Shown: piece by piece, positions 19,301 through 25,068 of the stretch
Position numbering within the stretch: the stretch's first letter is position 1
Layout of the letters: each line of letters starts with the position of its first letter
Assembly: GCA_963733195.1 (NCBI GenBank)
Contig: CAVTCR010000035.1
Span: 1 to 25,068 of the forward strand
Length of the DNA: 25,068 bases
DNA from: an uncultured delta proteobacterium
Lineage (GTDB): Bacteria > Desulfobacterota > Binatia > Bin18
Direction: 5' to 3'
Notes under the pieces: model-generated
The model's input: only the letters and a program-made list of their open reading frames with translations
The model's database searches: none
Told to the model about the DNA's origin: nothing
Program-made: the position numbers and the translations under genes

Positions 19301-22300
19301 GTCGCGCGTTGGATCAGCCTCCCTCCGCGCGCAGCCGGAACTGAGCCCCTTTCGCTAGATGACGCACGTGCGCTCCGGCTTACTGCGCGTCGAACGTGGC
19401 GCTTCTTCGAAACCTTTGTCCGCCCCGAGGACCATATGCTTCCTCCCGACAATTTTCAGGAAGAACCGACATCGGTCGTGGCCCATCGCACGTCACCAAC
19501 GAACATCGGGTTGTATCTGTTGTCTGCCTCTGCCGCCCATGATTTTGGCTGGCTGGGGACCTTTGCGGTTGTCGAAAGGCTCGAAGCCACGCTCGACACA
19601 ATGAATAGCTTGGAGCGTTTTCGTGGTCATTTCTATAACTGGTATGCGACGCGCGATCTTCGCCCGCTAGACCCTAAATATGTGTCCACTGTCGATAGCG
19701 GTAATCTCGCTGGTCATCTGCTTGCGCTCGGACAGGCGTGCAAAGAAATCATCGACCGCCCAGTGCTTGGCCCTCACATACTTTCTGGAATTGCGGATGC
19801 TGTCCTTCTGGTCCGCGAATCGGCTCGTGCGATCATTGACGATCGACGTACGCAAACAGTCACCCATAAACACCTGGACGAGGCCCTTGATGCTCTAACT
19901 GCGGCACTAACTTCAGTCCCTGTAACACCAAGGGACTGGAGCTTGCGATTCGCAACACTCGAAGCCCACGCTCAGACCCTAGTGGATATTGCCCGCACCT
20001 TGACTGCCGAACGAGGTGGGGGTGCTGAGATTGAAGTTCTTGCCTGGGCCGAGGCAGTCCGGGTAGCTATTGAGAGCCATGCGCGTGACCTTGACGCGAT
20101 TCTTCCTTGGGCCCGGCGTATCTCGCAGGACGACGCCTTGCCTTGGATGCTGACTCCGGACTCGGCAGCCGAGTGGCCCACGATCGAGCGTCTCAGTGTT
20201 TCGCTCCCTTCCCTGGCCGATATGTCAGATCATTGTGAGGCTATTATCCATGAACTCACGACTCTCCGTGCACGCCTGGCGACCGAAGGGATCTCTCAAA
20301 GTGAGACCCTTACCCGAATTGATGCCTTCGTGGAGAGCCTTACACGTTCTGCCGCCGCCTCTGGTGCGCTGGTCCGCCGTCTTACGATTCTCGCTCAGCG
20401 TGCCAAGACAATGTTCGATGCCATGGAGTTTGGCTTTCTTTTTGACCCGACGCGGAAGCTTTTCGCGATCGGCTATCGTGTCACTGATAGCAGTCTAGAC
20501 TCGAATTGTTACGACCTGCTCGCCTCTGAAGCACGTCTTGCTAGCTTCATCGCAATTGCCAAAGGCGATGTACCACCGACGCATTGGTTCCATCTTGGTC
20601 GTCCGCTAACACCCGTAGACCGGGGGGCAGCGCTTATTTCTTGGTCAGGGTCGATGTTCGAGTATTTGATGCCGTTGTTGGTAATGCACGCTCCGCCGGA
20701 AAGCCTGTTAGACCAGACGTACCGCTGTATCGTCCGCCGCCAGCAAAAGTATGGAGCCGAGCGTGGCGTGCCGTGGGGAATTTCAGAATCAGCGTACAAC
20801 GCACGCGATGTGGAGTTGACCTACCAGTATGCGAATTTTGGCGTGCCAGGCTTGGGGCTCGAGCGCGGACTCAGTGAAGACGTGGTCGTTGCTCCCTACG
20901 CGACGGCACTGGCGGCGATGATTGACCCGGATGCGGCAGTGCAGAACTTCGCGCGCCTCGCTGAAGCTGGTGGCAGCGGGCGTTATGGCTTTTACGAGGC
21001 GCTCGATTACACGCCGACCCGGCTGCCGGAGGGTGAACAGGTTGCGGTTGTGCGCGCCTATATGGCGCACCATCAAGGGATGTCGCTGGTGGCGATCGCC
21101 AATGTTCTCCATGAGGGGATTATGCGCGCCCGCTTCCACGCTGAACCGATCGTGCAGGCAACTGAATTACTACTCCAAGAACGAACTCCACGGAACGTCG
21201 CCGTCGCCCGGCCGCGGGCTGACGAGGTGCAAGCTGCTGCTCATGTGCGCGATTCCATTCCACCAGTTTTTCGCCGTTTCACCACGCCACATAACTCGAT
21301 CCCCCCCACCCACTTGCTCTCCAACGGGCGCTACGGAGTGATGGTCACAACCGCAGGCTCTGGCTATAGTCGCTGGCGTCAGCTTGCGGTCACGCGGTGG
21401 CGCGAGGACACTACACGCGATTGCTGGGGGACCTACGTTTTCCTTCGTGATGGACGCAGCGGTGCGGTCTGGTCGGCAGCGTACCAACCAAGTGGAGTCG
21501 AACCGGATACCTATGAAGTGACTTTTGGTGAAGATCGTGTGGAGATACAGAGGCGTGATGGAGCGATAACGACCACACTCGAAGTAGTTGTGTCGCCCGA
21601 AGACGATGCGGAGGTGCGCCGGGTGTCGATCTCTAACCTGGGGACGCAGACTCGCGAGATCGAACTCACCTCCTACGCCGAAATCGTGTTGGCACCACCT
21701 GCTACCGATGCCGCCCACCCCGCGTTTTCTAACCTGTTTGTGCAAACCGACTTTATCCCTGCGCTCAGTGCTTTGCTCGCAACCCGCCGGCCCCGTTCTC
21801 ATGACGAGCCACAGATTTGGGCCGCACATGTGGTAGTCGTCGAGGGAGAAACCGTGGGCGGGGTGCAATATGAAACTGATCGCGCCCGGTTTCTTGGTCG
21901 CGGACGCGGGATCCGGACACCGATGTCGGTGATCGACGGTCGTCCGCTCTCCAACACGGTCGGCGCAGTGCTTGACCCGATCGTCAGCCTCCGGCGTCGT
22001 GTCCGGCTAGCGCCGGGTGCTACCGCTCGGGTCACATTCTCCACAATTGCCGCGGCATCGCGCGAGGAGGCACTAACTCTGGCCGACAAATACCATGACC
22101 CAATGACGTTTGAGCGTGTAGTCACGCTGGCGTGGACGCAGGCTCAGGTCCAGTTGCACCATCTCGGTATTGGCCATGATGAAGCTCATCTTTTTCAGGA
22201 CTTCGCCAGTCGGATCCTATACTCGGACCCTCTGCTCCGGCCATCATCTGAAGTGCTCGCCCGTAATACCCAAGGGCCATCAGCGCTGTGGGCACGCGGG

Positions 22301-25068
22301 ATTTCTGGCGATATCCCAATCGTCCTCGTGCGGATCGATGAATCCGAGGATCGGGAGATCGTCCGGCAGTTACTCCGCGCCCACGAATATTGGCGGATGA
22401 AGCAGTTGGCAGTCGATATCGTGATCCTAAACGAAAAAGCTACCTCCTACGTTCAGGATCTTCAGGCCGATCTAGAGGCCCTTGTCCGTACCAGCCAGTC
22501 ACGCGTACGTCACGAAGGTCATGAACCGCACGGGAGTGTATTCATTCTACGAGCCGATCTCCTGTCGGCGGAAGAGCGGGTGCTTTTGCAGACTGCCGCA
22601 CGCGCAGTGCTCTGGAGTCGCCGCGGGACGCTGGCCGAGCAGACCGCACGCCGGCGACCATTCCAGGCTGATGCTATTCCTATGCCTCGATCACGACCCA
22701 CGTCTCAACCCGTGGAGGTTCCGCCTCGACAGCCCGACCTCGAGTTTTTCAACGGCCTCGGCGGCTTCACTATGGACGGCCGTGAGTATGTAACAATCTT
22801 GGGTGAGGGGCAGTGGACACCGGCACCGTGGATCAATGTCGTTGCTAATTCCTCCTTTGGCTTTCAGGTTTCTGAATCGGGCGCAGGCTATACCTGGTCG
22901 CTCAATAGCCGTGAGAATCAACTCACTCCCTGGTCGAACGATCCAGTCAGCGACCCGCCGGGCGAGACGATCTACATCCGGGACGAGGATAGTGGTGAGC
23001 TCTGGGGTCCGACGGTGCTGCCAATCCGCGAAGAAGCCTGGCCGTATATTGCCCGACACGGCCAGGGTTACAGTCACTTCGAGCACACCTCACACGGTAT
23101 TTCTCTTACCCTTCTGCAATTCGTGCCGCTCGAGGATCCGATCAAGATTTCACGGCTTACGATCGAAAATCGGTCGGGCCAAACGCGGCGGCTCTCGATA
23201 ACGGCGTATGTCGAGTGGGTGCTTGGCGTATCACGCAGCGTCTCTGCCCCCTTTGTAGTTACCGAGATTGACACGGCAACCGGAGCGCTGCTCGCTCGCA
23301 ATTACTGGAACAGCGAGTTTGGTGATCGCGTGGCGTTTGCAGATCTTGGCGGACGCCAGACTGCGTGGACGGGTGACCGGACAGAGTTCCTTGGTCGAAA
23401 CGGGACACTCGATCATCCAGCATCGCTCGAACGTGGAGGCTCACTTTCGGGAAAAGTCGGTGCTGGTCTTGACCCATGCGGAGTTCTCCAGACGACGGTT
23501 GAGCTGCGTTCACAAGGTCGTACTGAGGTTATCTTCTTGCTCGGCGAGACGGCGACCACGGAGGAAGCACGAGCGCTGCTCACGCGTTACCGCACAGCAG
23601 ATCTCGATGCGGTTTTACGCGCAGTGGAGAACCATTGGGACGATGTGCTTAGCGCGGTGCAGGTGAGGACACCTGACCGTTCTCTAGATGTGATGCTGAA
23701 CCGCTGGCTGCTCTACCAAACTTTTGCTTGTCGCGTGTGGGCACGAGCGGCGTTCTATCAGGCCGGTGGCGCGTACGGCTTTCGCGACCAACTCCAAGAC
23801 ATCATGGCGATTACAGTCGCCAAACGCGAAGTTGCACGTGAGCATGTGCTTCGCGCCGCCGCGCGGCAGTTCATCGAGGGAGACGTTCAACATTGGTGGC
23901 ATCCACCATCTGGGCGCGGCGTGCGAACTCGTATCTCTGATGATCTACTCTGGCTGCCCTATGCAGTCATCCACTATCTTGAAGTCACTGGTGATGTCAG
24001 TCTCCTCGACGAGATTGTTCCTTTCCTTGAAGGCCCGGCTCTTGCGGAAAATCAGCACGATGCGTATTTCGCGCCGAGTGTATCCCAACAGTGCGGCACC
24101 TTGTTCGAGCATTGCGCGCGTGCACTCGACCGCAGCTTGGCGGTTGGCAGCCACGGCCTCCCGCTGATCGGCGCGGGAGACTGGAATGACGGAATGAACC
24201 GGATTGGCCAAGAAGGGAAAGGTGAGAGCGTCTGGCTCGGCTGGTTCCTGCACACTACCCTCTGGGAGTTTGCCCGGTTGGCCGACGCACGAGGGGAACG
24301 GAAACGTGCCGAAACTTGGCGCCGCCATGTCCGCGCGCTGAAATCTGCGATCGAGCGCGAAGCGTGGGACGGCGATTGGTATCGACGCGCCTACTTTGAC
24401 GACGGGACGCCACTTGGCTCGGCCACGAATAATGAATGCCGTATCGACTCGATTGCTCAATCCTGGGGGATTATTTCTGGTGCTGCAGATCCGGCACGCG
24501 GCGCACGAGCGATGGCAGCCGTCGAAGAATACCTGGTCCATCGTGGTGACGGCCTCATCCTCCTCTTTACCCCACCATTCGATCGCATTCCCCAGGACCC
24601 GGGATACATCAAAGGGTACCTTCCCGGCGTCCGTGAGAACGGTGGCCAATACACGCATGCAGCGATCTGGTCGGTGCTAGCGTTCGCGGCGCTCGGCGAC
24701 GGAGACAAGGCTGGTGAACTCTTCGCACTATTGAACCCTATCAATCATGCGAGCACGCGTGCTGGTATTCACCGCTACAAGGTCGAACCCTATGTAGTCG
24801 CAGGGGACATTTATGCTGAACCTCCCCACGTCGGTCGTGGCGGGTGGACATGGTACACAGGATCCGCGGGGTGGATGTACCGAGCCGGTATTGAGTGGAT
24901 TCTCGGGTTCCGTTTGCGAGGCACGAGGTTGTATTTGGACCCTTGCATTCCGCGTGCTTGGCGTGGCTTTCGACTCGATTTTCGCTATCACTCAGCGCGT
25001 TACGAGATAGCGTTGAAAATCCGCACGGCATGACACGGGGGGTTGCGTCTGTTGAGCTTGACGGTGCG
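16312..25068 (+). CDS. ndvB: Cyclic beta-1,2-glucan synthase (Cgs/NdvB/ChvB type, ~2,900 aa), 3'-truncated by the window, two apparent 1-nt frameshifts
   Basis: [57 protein letters not shown] (glycosyltransferase); [27 protein letters not shown] (cyclisation region); [32 protein letters not shown] (GH94 phosphorylase). Frames join at ~17866-17870 ([11 protein letters not shown]) and ~25012 ([22 protein letters not shown]). Confidence 0.93.

Noticed and set aside
23945-24658. Long antisense ORFs within cgs (also 21170-21868)
   Set aside because: Shadow frames of a confident gene, with no motifs.

Overview
Bacterial window in two halves. (1) 1-7475 is a nested mobile-element zone. It starts with the 3' part of an IS1380-family element. 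Next comes a 6,256-bp IS256-family unit (1122-7377) defined by 57-bp imperfect terminal inverted repeats and a matching 8/9-bp target-site duplication. Between its decayed transposase and its right end it encloses a decayed zinc-ribbon/class III cyclase/AAA/TPR gene. That gene carries three palindromic REP-like inserts and is interrupted just before its stop codon by an intact-looking RmInt1-like (class D) group II intron. The IS256 unit appears to have landed in a composite REP-like palindrome. (2) 7486-25068 is a carbohydrate/osmotic-stress cluster: treY, a DUF1772-like membrane protein, DUF1328, glgX, a stand-alone mlaC-like gene, an NADPH-dependent FMN reductase with an N-terminal FPASDPPAW extension, and a ~2,900-aa cyclic beta-1,2-glucan synthase running off the right edge, with two good sigma-54 promoter matches. 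Isolated 1-nt indels in otherwise healthy genes (treY, cgs, IS1380 tnp) may be sequencing/assembly errors. All family calls are from motif recognition by eye; no searches were run.
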